Shown piece after piece: positions 11,344 to 22,000 of a DNA stretch of 51,232 bases. Below the pieces are notes generated by a model. It saw only the letters and a list, made by a program, of their open reading frames with translations. It had not been told where the DNA came from and did not search any database. Both the position numbers and the translations under genes were made by a program. Every line of letters begins with the position of its first letter. The first letter of the stretch is position 1. This DNA comes from Nemertoderma westbladi (Eukaryota > Animalia > Xenacoelomorpha), in contig JAUCBJ010007269.1 in assembly GCA_032718475.1 (NCBI GenBank), positions 1 to 51,232 of the forward strand, read 5' to 3'.

Positions 11344-13119
11344 TTAGTCTTTCTTGCGCGGACGGCGTTTACGCAGTTTTTTAAAGCTAGCAAGAGTCCT
11401 TTTCTCTTTGGGGCGAGCCACTTTACGAGGAGGGCTATAACTCCTGGGTGAAGGGTGCAATATGATTGCATCAGAAGGTATGGGATTACGATCGGTATAT
11501 CCGCCGGTCGAAGTACCGGGTTGATTGACATCAACGTCCGGGGAGAGGGGTCTAACGGCTTTGAGAGCTCGTTTCAAGACAGCCGCTCTTACGGGTCCTG
11601 TACGAGTGGTCTGCACGAGGGCCGTGGGTGGACCATAGGTAGTTAGAAACTTCCTTGGTTTAATGGTTCTTTCCAACTCGCGTTCGCGGGCTCGGTACTC
11701 GTAAGGCCGTCGATATACTTCTTGTAACTCAGGGTGTGAGTTGACGAATAAGTCTCCATAGGCAGGGTCTTGACGGATAAAGTTTATTAAGTTGTAAGAA
11801 TGGATGTCACTCGGATTAATGCTCCTGAGAAATTTGCGTACATATTTGGTTGAAATACATTCTCCAACGCGCTTCAGTAGTTCATAACTTGATAGGCGTG
11901 ATTTTTGTTCGACGGAGGCAAACAAATAAGGATGGAACGCATAAACTCCTTCGTAAGCGCGTCCAGGGTAATAGCGATGGCGTGAATCACAATGTAAATC
12001 AGCGTTCGCTTCCCAAGCTCTGATATAACGTAGTACAATCATTTCATCTACGCTCTCTAAATCATGATTAAAGGGACAATCAAAGCTGGCGTGTCCTTTT
12101 AATTGACAATGATGGCATTGAGTCATAAATTGGGGGCAGACAGCAAAAATGTGCAAATTATTAAGCCGACAATATGCACAATAGATTTCCATCGACGGTT
12201 GCTCGTGGAAATAGGAACAGAGATCGTTGGTGTCCATAGACGTAATATGGTCTCTCGATGCGCACAGCCGACAACGTTGTCGAGAAACATAATTGGCGTG
12301 GCGATAATCATACGCAGTAAGACACTGTGGACCTTGATACCATTCCAATATATAGTCGCTATCGCTACTCCGAGACGTGGGGGGCTGAATCTCTTCAGAT
12401 TCTAAACATATGGGTTCGTCTTCCCCTTGTATAGTTGAGGTAGGCATGGCCGTCTCCTCAAGTGGACCTATCGTCTGAATTTCCACGACAGAATAACCTG
12501 TGGGGATCCGAGGTCTTTGGATAACCGAGGAGTGCAGGTTTATTATACAAATGTCTTTGAAAATAGCGAATCCAGCGCTATCTAACTTCTCCGCAGCCGA
12601 GTCTCTTAAGCTGAGCTTGGTCAAAGCGCGGTCTTTGAATTGGCTATCCACGTTGCGAAACGGGGTTAAAAACCGTCGGAAACATTCAAAGCGGATGAAT
12701 TTATTATGTTCATCTAGCTTAGCGAGTTTGGTCCCAAGCATTAATGGATGGGCGCGTATAGTGCGACTGCACACATCGGCTAGCCAACCGGAAAGTGCGG
12801 CGTTTTCGAAGATCGTGTAGATAGCTAAGGAGGGACGGAGTGGAACACTCATGAAGCTATACACGGCGCCAGGTGCGGTCAACGGTCCGTCAAAGTATAA
12901 TCGAGAATAATGGTCTCCGTATACTTGTTGATAGTTGATGGGATTTCCGACCTTGAAATTCCACCCGTATTCCTGAAAGGCAAGATGTCCGATGGAAGTT
13001 TGTTGCACCTTTGTAATGTTGCTAGACGCATTAGCATACATGGTGCGAAAGAAACCTCGGCCTTCTGCCCAGGGAACAATCAGCTGAGTATCCACGAAAG
13101 GGTATGGAGTGTTCTCCAT
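11344..13119 (-). CDS. Accessory ORF3 of element A, 591 aa; three CCHC-like zinc knuckles and a basic C-terminal NLS-like tail
   Basis: Long uninterrupted ORF with CRLCASRDH(x9)C, CAYCRLNNLHIFAVC and CHHCQLKGHASFDC (canonical CX2CX4HX4C). C-terminus SPRSYSPPRK...KKLRKRRPRKKD. No signal peptide or TM segment. The C-terminal ~50 aa are conserved in element B (44504-44661). Confidence 0.85.
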   Translation of the reverse strand: MENTPYPFVDTQLIVPWAEGRGFFRTMYANASSNITKVQQTSIGHLAFQEYGWNFKVGNPINYQQVYGDHYSRLYFDGPLTAPGAVYSFMSVPLRPSLAIYTIFENAALSGWLADVCSRTIRAHPLMLGTKLAKLDEHNKFIRFECFRRFLTPFRNVDSQFKDRALTKLSLRDSAAEKLDSAGFAIFKDICIINLHSSVIQRPRIPTGYSVVEIQTIGPLEETAMPTSTIQGEDEPICLESEEIQPPTSRSSDSDYILEWYQGPQCLTAYDYRHANYVSRQRCRLCASRDHITSMDTNDLCSYFHEQPSMEIYCAYCRLNNLHIFAVCPQFMTQCHHCQLKGHASFDCPFNHDLESVDEMIVLRYIRAWEANADLHCDSRHRYYPGRAYEGVYAFHPYLFASVEQKSRLSSYELLKRVGECISTKYVRKFLRSINPSDIHSYNLINFIRQDPAYGDLFVNSHPELQEVYRRPYEYRARERELERTIKPRKFLTTYGPPTALVQTTRTGPVRAAVLKRALKAVRPLSPDVDVNQPGTSTGGYTDRNPIPSDAIILHPSPRSYSPPRKVARPKEKRTLASFKKLRKRRPRKKD

Positions 13120-13823
13120 ATTCCTGTTGCACGCCTAACATGTTTTCCGCCATCGATGGGAGAGGGCAAGGAAAACCTATGACACATTCAACAAGGTTTA
13201 AAATACGATCTCAGTAGGAGGATTATGTCATTCGAAGATTATCTCCAAATTAATTTATCCCCAATTATTAAGGGAGGTGAACAACCAGATTTATGACACA
13301 CAATGGTACCAGTTGTTCACAGACTAGCCGCGTATCCTTTTAGTCCTTGTATCGGGTTGTGGACCTAAGGAAATTATCGGTGGTTGATTATGTAATCAAC
13401 GACAAAGAGATGGGCGTTGATATTATAAATACCAACACAATGGTATATGGACAGGAGGTGCGGACACGAATATAGGCATCCAGATAAACAGTAAAGGGTG
13501 GGGAGATTTATTAGGAAGCGGTATGATTCATACCACGATACCACTATGATTGGTCGATCGATGAAGGGAGTAAAGAGGAGGAAGGAGATATGGCAGTATC
13601 CATAAGACACCACAATGGACATGTTTTCCGTTACCCCATCATTCATTACTGCTTTACTAATATTAATTACTAATTACTATTACTGCATTACTGCTTACTG
13701 TGACACTGATCACAATAATTACAGGAAAACGATGAAGGAAGAGAAAGTTACAGCCTCCCGAAGGAGACCGCCCGCGAGCACCCGTGCCCCGGGGAAAACT
13801 ATTCACATTATGGACCCTAGACA

Positions 13824-14453
13824 TCAACTCATGTCTCTTCTCCAGTGGTTCCCTTCTATTAGTTCAAAGCTATCCGAGACAACAGATAGTGGACGATCTG
13901 CGGTAAGATACATCATGGTGAAATAGAGTCGTTTGAGTTCTACCATGGGATCGTGATGTATACCTTGAGGATATCGAGTCTCTAGGTTCTGTTGACTGGC
14001 AATATTGAGATAGGTTTCTCTCAAAAATTCCAAGTAGTCGTTGAAGTTGATACGCTTATCGGGTTCTTCAACGTTTTCTCTGTCGAGTAGGTTGCGAATA
14101 GAGTTCTCGTGTTCTATTCTCGGTTTATCATTACGATTCCGCTGGGCATGATATTTAAATAAAACCATTTCCCTTTCGGTGTCTACATCATCAGTATCAT
14201 GTAAATCGGTAGGATGGCCGGTAGTTAAGAAGTCCATATACGTACCATTACGATTCGTATAGCGAGCGGTGAATTTTCTATAGTCCGATTCACGCGTAAG
14301 TTGTTCCTGGGACATCGGCGGTTCGATATAACGACCATCGTCCTCCGTAATAGTTGGATCGGCTTCACCGCGTATCAAGCTATCCACAAACGCTTGTAAA
14401 GGTAGAGTATATCGCTCTCTAATACCAAAGTCATCTTCTATCAATTCCGTCAT
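13824..14453 (-). CDS. Accessory ORF2 of element A, 209 aa acidic soluble protein of unknown function
   Basis: Open ORF. The homologue in element B (from 43331) shows many third-codon-position differences (e.g. CCG/CCA, CAG/CAA, GAA/GAG, CTT/CTC in RYIEPPMSQEQL), indicating past purifying selection on the protein. Confidence 0.8.
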   Translation of the reverse strand: MTELIEDDFGIRERYTLPLQAFVDSLIRGEADPTITEDDGRYIEPPMSQEQLTRESDYRKFTARYTNRNGTYMDFLTTGHPTDLHDTDDVDTEREMVLFKYHAQRNRNDKPRIEHENSIRNLLDRENVEEPDKRINFNDYLEFLRETYLNIASQQNLETRYPQGIHHDPMVELKRLYFTMMYLTADRPLSVVSDSFELIEGNHWRRDMS

Positions 14454-14496
14454 ATCTGCTATCTGAGTTTATTAATATCAATATGAGTTAATATTT

Positions 14497-14639
14497 TAGG
14501 CAAGCGGGCGTCGCTGCCTACTAGGCTTTGCCCCCGGACAGTGGGTTTCTCAGTGCCGATGTACCGCTGTCGCAGTGTTTACGCCAACATGTAGCAACAG
14601 CACGACAACGATAACTGGCACAAGTCCCACCACTGTCCG
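14497..14639 (-). other. Predicted long RNA stem-loop plus short hairpin just upstream of ORF2 (element A)
   Basis: Closing stem CGGACAGTGG/CCACTGTCCG (14535-14544 with 14630-14639), inner stems GTGCC/GGCAC and CGTTGTCG/CGACAGCG, then hairpin AGGCAGCG...CGCTTGCCT. The same fold, with compensatory changes, is at 43141-43285. Confidence 0.7.
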
Positions 14640-15264
14640 TCCCAAAGGCTTGAATCCACTTGAGGTTATCTCGGTAGAGTTAGGGCTACTTTACAATTGC
14701 GATTAGCTACTGTAAACACACTTTAGTAGTAACATTCACCTATAAACGCACAAATTCCATACAATCATTACTTACTGCACACATGCATGCCATTTGTCCG
14801 TTAGTCAGTGTCTTCCAGAATGTCACGTTATTACTATGTATCCTTGGATACTAATAATGCGCTATGTATACTCTTATGCTACGCAATGGGGCAAGCTTTT
14901 ATTGTTCCTTTAACTTGCTTCTAATTCTAGCGTGGGTGTTGCCATGGTGACATTATGGAAAACTAGCGGTAGAATTAGGGTAATTCTCATGCATACAGAT
15001 CTGGGATGTTATTTAATAGTAATTCTTTAATTGTCAATATCCTCTTTATGCATGATTTTATAAATTTTATCGGCTATTGACTATATATTGGAGATTCTCG
15101 CACTCTAGTACACTCAATATGAATCTCCGCTCCCATGATCTATTAATTACTGGAATTTTGGGAATGTTATAAATTGCACAAAATGACAATTTATGAAATT
15201 CATTTGAATATGAATTTAAATTTATTCCCGTGAATTTTATTATTTGATGTTAAATTGACACAAA

Positions 15265-15556
15265 TTTTATTCCAGAGCATGTCTGGGAACTCAGGATCCT
15301 TAATTCTATAAAATCGTCCTTTTAAGAATATCGGTAAATACTGCGATATTTTAATTGACTAGAAATTTTAAAGGATCGGAATTTTACAGATTTTAATAAA
15401 TATTAAATTAATATTTAGGATGGGCACCGATTTATTCCAGAACTTGTCTGGGGACGTTAACCAATGATTCTAGAATTTGTCTTTCAAGTATATCGGTGGG
15501 TGCCACGATATCTTAATCGACTAGAATTACAGATGGTCAAAAAGTTTAACAGATTT
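15265..15556 (-). repeat. Two diverged ~125-bp direct repeats with hairpin potential in the 3' non-coding region of element A
   Basis: Each has the form AATCTGT..TTCTAGTC.ATTAA.ATATCG-N10-CGATAT.CTT.AA..GAC...TAGAAT...CCCAGACA.G.TCTGGAATAAA. Counterparts at about 42197-42322 and 42376-42505. Confidence 0.7.
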
Positions 15557-16073
15557 ATTTGCGATTTACGCTACTGTTAGAGGGACATCACGCTACTATA
15601 TGTATTATTTGTTATAAGGTAGAAGAGCAATATCGCACGAAGCAATGTCAGTGTGAAGAGGCAAGTCGTTTCCAAGGTCTACCCAGAGCTTGGTTTAGCC
15701 GAGACACGAGGATCTGAACTTTGCATTCCTAATACTCTGCCTACCAATAATACTTAAATATAGTAGTGGCTTTATTGTACTTTAAGAAGTACGGACATTT
15801 CATCTTACTGTAGTCACGTATTTATAATATGATACGGACAGTAAGGGAAGAGAAAATAATTATTTCTCGCCATCGCACTAAATATATATTATAGTAATTA
15901 TGTACGTAATAAACACTAATATATTGCACTAATCTACTAAATAATCCCTAAAATAACATTCTACTAAATAAAAATTGAATAAAAACGATTATAATAAAGT
16001 ACATAATAACATTTACATATAAAATGCAATAAAAACAGATAAATAATATAGACATACACCCACTCCAGACGTA

Positions 16074-19000
16074 CTACGTTGAAGAGCCCCTAGATGTTTG
16101 AGGTATTAGGGAGGTGGTCGTGGGAAGGGTTTCTTGCCTTCCATAGTTTCCAGAGAGTTCTCTGTCTCTTTCCAGTAAACATAAACGACCAACTGGGCGA
16201 TTGAGTTGTTGCGTCTCAAAGATTATGCCAGGCTTCTTGAAGTTACGCCGCATAACGATGAGTTCTACTGAACGCACTAAACCATCCTCCGAGATATGAG
16301 TCTCGATGATACGACCTGTCTGCCACCGTTTACGTGGGAGGTCTTGATCTACAATAAGTACCATATCTCCGGCGCTGACGTTTTCCTGCTGCGCAAACCA
16401 CTTAGTTCGAAGTTGTAGCGTGGGCAGGTTATGTCTCTCGAAATGGTCAGCGAAACGACGGGATAGCAACTGCATAAGTTGCCAAGTTCGACGGCAGTAT
16501 TCGTCTCCGTCGACAATCTCCGATCGTGGGAGCATGGCTACCGGTTTCTTCAGTAGGAAGTGCGCAGGTGTCAGCGCTTCCAGGGAATCGGGACTCGATG
16601 AGACTGGCATAAGCGGTCTCTCGTTGAGATAGGCAGCTATTTCCTCCATTAACGTCCGCAAAAGTTCGTCGGTGAGATACGCACGGCACGGCACTATAAA
16701 GTGAAATGCGGTCTTAACACTTCGAATTAATCTCTCCCAACTTCCTCCCCACCAAGGGGCGTCGGCGGCGTTGAAGGTCCAGCTAGACGCTGTTATCCTT
16801 AGCTGGTCATCCACCTGTCTTTGGTTCCAGTCCTTTACGTAAGCTTGTATTTCGTTGTTGGCACCAATGAAGTTCGTTCCCTTGTCCGATCTCATGGTAT
16901 TACTCGTACCGAAGCGAGCGATCTGTCGTCGTAAACTTAAGACGAAACTGTTGGTAGATAGATCGTTCACCATATCGAGATGGATGGCTCTGCAAGTCAT
17001 GCACACGAAGATGACACACCATCTCTTGACTATAGTCCTCGCACGATATACTTCAATAGGGCCAAATAAATCTACACCAGTATTAGTAAAAGGTGGTTCA
17101 TAGAAGCTTACTCGTTCCCTAGGTAATTCTGCCTCTCGCTGTGTTAAAGGCCTACTGAATGCTTTCCTACAGGGTATGCAGTTCCTAAGAACTTGGTTCA
17201 GAGCCCTACGGGGTTTATCAAAATAATAGCGAGTTCGAATTTCGCTAAGAACTCGTTCTCTTCCAGCATGATAAAGCTTACTGTGAACATCTACAATCAT
17301 CTTGATTTGTACTTCAAGATTTCTAATGAGTATGGGGAATTTAGTGTCAAAGGATAAGGGTGCATTGGTTAACCTTCCTCCAACACGTATTAATCCATCT
17401 ATCATTGTGCTAGAGAATCGATCCCTTAAGCGCATCTGCGGATTTCTCAACAACAGGAAATACTTTTCGGAATCCTCATAGCATTGCAGGAGTCTCAGTA
17501 TCTGTTTATTAGTCTCTTCATGCTCCTGGTGACTAATTTTCTCCTTTAGAAAACTGTCAGACACTTTGTATTTAGGTAAGTTTTTAATAACATGAACTTG
17601 CGCAGATGTCAATGGAGCGTTATCACTAGTGGTCTTCGCCCTGGAGTATTGATGATGAAAGCATCTCTTTAAATATGTGACGGCTTTACAGAGCCGATTC
17701 CAGGAACTGTAGTGATGCATCGCTCTCTGCAGCAGGGGTGAGATTCCTTGCGAGACGTCTGGTATTCCAGATTTCCAATCTCTATCTCGAATTTCCGCAA
17801 CAGATTTATTTATAGCGAGGGATTGTGGATCTAAACCATCGTTTCCGGAAACATGTAATACAGATAGATCGATAGTCGGTTTAAATAACTTCGATTTACT
17901 CGCCCGGGTTTTAGGTTTAACGGTCTCCGCTCCCTTGGCTTGTCTAATTTCCGCCGTAGTAAGGTGAGGAGGCCATTCGTCCTCTTCCTTGCTCAGGAAG
18001 TCGGGTCCACCCAACCAATCTGGAGTATCTATCAGTTCCTGTGGAGTTGCTCCCCTGGAGGCGATATCGGCTGGATTAATCGTACCAGGGCAATGTCTCC
18101 ATTGATCTATCTTTGTGCGACTAAGAATAATAGCTACCCTATTAGTAACAAAAACGCTGAACTGACAGACCTCATTGGTTAGATACTCCAACACGAGTAA
18201 AGCGTCGGTCCAATAAACCGTTTTCTCCAGTGGGTAATCGATTTGTTCCGTTACGTTCCGGCCGATGGCTGTAGCGTATAAAGCCGCTTTTAACTCCGCT
18301 CGAGGAACCTTTAACTTGTTGTTAATCAGTGCCTTAGAGGTAACCAAGGCGACTTTGATCCCATCCGGAGTTTCGACTCGCAGATATGCTACTATACCTA
18401 TTCCCATGTCGCTGGCGTCTCCAAACACATGGAGTTGATAGGAATACGTCGGAAGAACATGTCCAAAATATGCACGGGAAATTATAAAGTTCTCGATGGC
18501 AGGTAGAGAATCTTCCCATTTCATCCATTTCTTCAACAGTTCTCCCTTAAGCGGATCATCCCACGAGTGGTTTTCAAGCCACATCTGTTGTACTAAACTC
18601 CGAGCAATCAATATAACTGGGCTAATAAATCCCAATGGGTCGAAATAAGTGCTCAGGATACTTAAACAAATCCGTTTGGTCCGGACTGGATTATCTCGCT
18701 GTTTTAACTGAAAAAACAGGATGTCTCTTTCAGTGTCCCACTTCAAGCCTAGCGTCTTGGTTTCAGGAAGATCGTCTTTTATTAAGTCTAGGTCTTTCGC
18801 TCCGCGATCCTCTACCGGTATGGCTTCCAGAAACTCACGGGAGTTACTAGTGAATTTCGTCAGTCGAAATCCCCCTCTTTTCAAACACTCTACCGTTCCT
18901 TTCGCGACAGCTATGGCTTCTTCTACTGATGGAAGGGACCTTAAATTGTCGTCCATGTATATATTGCGTTTTATGTTGTCTATCACTTCTTTGGAGAAGG

Positions 19001-22000
19001 AGTCTCGGTTGTCATTCGCAGTGGTTCGCACCACGGAGCAGGCGTTGGAAGGGCTAGATATGATCCCAAAAGCCTGGATGGTCATCCAGTACTCCACCGG
19101 TTTCTGGTTGAGGTCTCCTTCAGGCCACCACAGAAATCTCAGGCTGTCTCTATCTCTCTCCAGCGCCTTGACTTGTAAGAACATTCCTTCGATATCGGAA
19201 GCGAACGCGATGGAATATTGTCTTATTCTCAAAAGTATTCCCAACAAAGATTGGAGTAAATTGGGTCCTGGTAACAACTCGGAATTAAGGGATTGGCCCA
19301 TATATAGAGCAGAGCCATCGAATACGACTCGTACTTCATGGGGTTTACCGGGTTTGGGAACGTAATGATGTGTTAGATAATAAGTTCTTTCAGTTATTGG
19401 AGTTCCTTCCGGTACTTGCTCCGCATATCCCTTTGTGATAAATTTCTTCAACTGAGTTTGGTACATTTCCTTAGCTGAAGCGTTTGCCGTAAGACGTCGA
19501 TGTAATTGATTGATTCTTTTCTCAGCCAAGGGTCTGTTATTTATAAATCTGGGTTCACGTTTTCGGAAGGGTAGTCCGATTTCATATCGACCTTGATCTT
19601 TTAAAAAACGTGTGGTTGTTTCCTGGATTTGCTTGGCTCTTTCTTCTTCTATCGACAGGGCTTTGTTGTATGAATTGGGTTCTACTAATTCTTGGGTAAA
19701 GAATCGTACGGCTAGTTCGTCCCGAGTTCTAGCGTTGTAGCGCTCTACCTCGTCATTAAGTTCGTCATTATAAATAATGGATTCCGTTGGGCGAATCAGT
19801 TGACATAGGTTCGTTTGGTTTTTCCAAGTTTGATTCTCTGTAAGTAGGTCAATTGTGTTCTCTTCTTCGAAGAGTTGGTAGATGTCGTCATTATCTGAGG
19901 AGTATGGTGTTCCCTCAGTTAGTTCGTCCACCTCACTGCTTTCCACTTCCCCATCGTTTACTTGATATATTTGTTCGTGTGGCATTCTCTCTTCGAGAGT
20001 TCTACGGGAAGGGCCAGTAAAGTACCAACCTACTCTAGTTCTTACCGCATAAGTTTGCAGTGGTTGTGGTTGAGCAGGCCGTTTCTCTAATGTTTCGAGC
20101 GCCTCGTGCGCGTTTTGGCCGATAAGTATTTGCACTCCAGGATAATCTGTCTGGAATCGAGGTATCTTAAGATGTTGGACGCTCTCATCTTCGTCCCAAT
20201 TATAAAGGTCTGCTTGAGTAGTAGCAAAGTTCTTTATAGCCACCATTTTTACTGACCTTATACCTTGTGTTCCTAACTTATCCTGGGGGGTGGACAACAC
20301 ACCTACATAGTAATCTGCCGTTAGGGTAGATTTCCAAACCTGCATAATTCCTGACATATTCAATTTAGTCCGGAACTTGGGTTGTCCAGCAAAGATATCT
20401 TCGGCTAGTTCTTGATCGATGAATGTTCCTGTGCTGCCGGAGTCCAGGAGGGCGTTCACTATGTAGCTTTTGTCAATACCGTGAACTCTTACCTGAACTA
20501 CAGGAAATTCTCTGATTCCTACGTTGGAAGCTGGAGCTTTCCAAGATGGTTGTTTGGCGAAAGTAGTTTGGGGAAACTCATCGTTGATGTCCTTTTCGTA
20601 AGTAAGTGCTCGATACACTGCGGTATTGATTAGATAACAGGATTCGTTGGCGTCGGAGAATTCGTCAGTATAGAATCCTTCCATCTCAGACTCCTGATCA
20701 GTGTCATTTACGTCACTAAATTGGACATGTAGTTCGGGCTCACTTACCTGACTCTGTTTGTCTCGTTCGAACTCACTGTGTAACAAGATGTGATGTTTCG
20801 CGCCACACTTTGCACACTTTATGTCTGAGTAACAGGTTCGCCGTTGGTGTCCTGGTCTGAGGCAATTATAGCATAACCGCTTGTCCCACACAACTGTACG
20901 TCTATCTACAAGGGATTTCTTTAGAAATTCAGCACACGCACTCAAACGGTGTGTCCCGTCGCACAGCGCACAGTTAGGTTTTATGTTACTCACCTTACCT
21001 TGGGTAACTTGATGCACTCTCGTTTTTTCATCGGGTTTTCTTCGGTGCATTCTGTTAGGAGACTGAGGAGGGGTCTTGGCAACCTGTTCTCTCCTATCGT
21101 TGTTTCGAGCCTTATATTTACTTACATCTTTTGAGGTTTTGTCAACATAGTAAGATCGGTCTGTGTCTTTCCCGCTGTCCTCTTCTTGGGAAGCCTGGCT
21201 TTCGCCGTCGTCAGTGTAACACACCGGTGTTACTCTTCTCCTAGAAGTGGGTTTCTCACTTACCTTATTTTCCGATGTTTCCTCTCTGGACTGATTGATG
21301 AGTTGTAGTTTGACTTCACCATCTAAGAAAGACATGAGATCAGCCATGGTAGGACTTCGTCGTTGTTGTTCATTCATGTACAACACTTTCTTGTCCCAGC
21401 GTGTACATACTCCACCCTTTGGTAAAGTAGAGACTACGGCTCCAATAACCATGGAACTCTGATATTCATGCGACTTACCTAACCAGTCCAGTTGTCTACA
21501 GATCTCTTGAATTTCATCGGAAAACTCTATAATCCCACTACTAAGGAAGTGTCGGGGGGCTACTAATTTTGCATACAAATACTTAGCTATGTTATCCTTG
21601 TTACCATACCTGATGTTTAATGTATCCCAAACTTGTCTTAATCCTTCTGGATGTCCAATAAACTTTAACGCCATTAACTTGGGAGGTCCTTCCAAGCACT
21701 TGATGAGGAATCTAAGTTTCTCTCCGTTAGATAGTACAGAGTTCTGTATGCTATCTTTGTAATATTCGTTGAAAGGTAACCATTTCATCTCATCTCCATT
21801 GAATTTGACGATCTCTCCCACTTTGACCGCTTGGCGGGCTTCTGTTCTAGCCATCTGACGCATAAAGCTTTCTTGGGCCATCGTGTTATTTAATATCGAA
21901 TTATCGGTATACAAATTTCTCGGATCATTATCAGGTCTATAGGGAATATCATTAATAACAGGTCTATAATCACCCTTAATAGGGTTTGCTATAGGAGTTT

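Noticed and set aside
11344-13119. ORF3 as an env gene
   Set aside because: It occupies the env position but has no signal peptide, fusion peptide or TM anchor; it has zinc knuckles and a basic tail instead.
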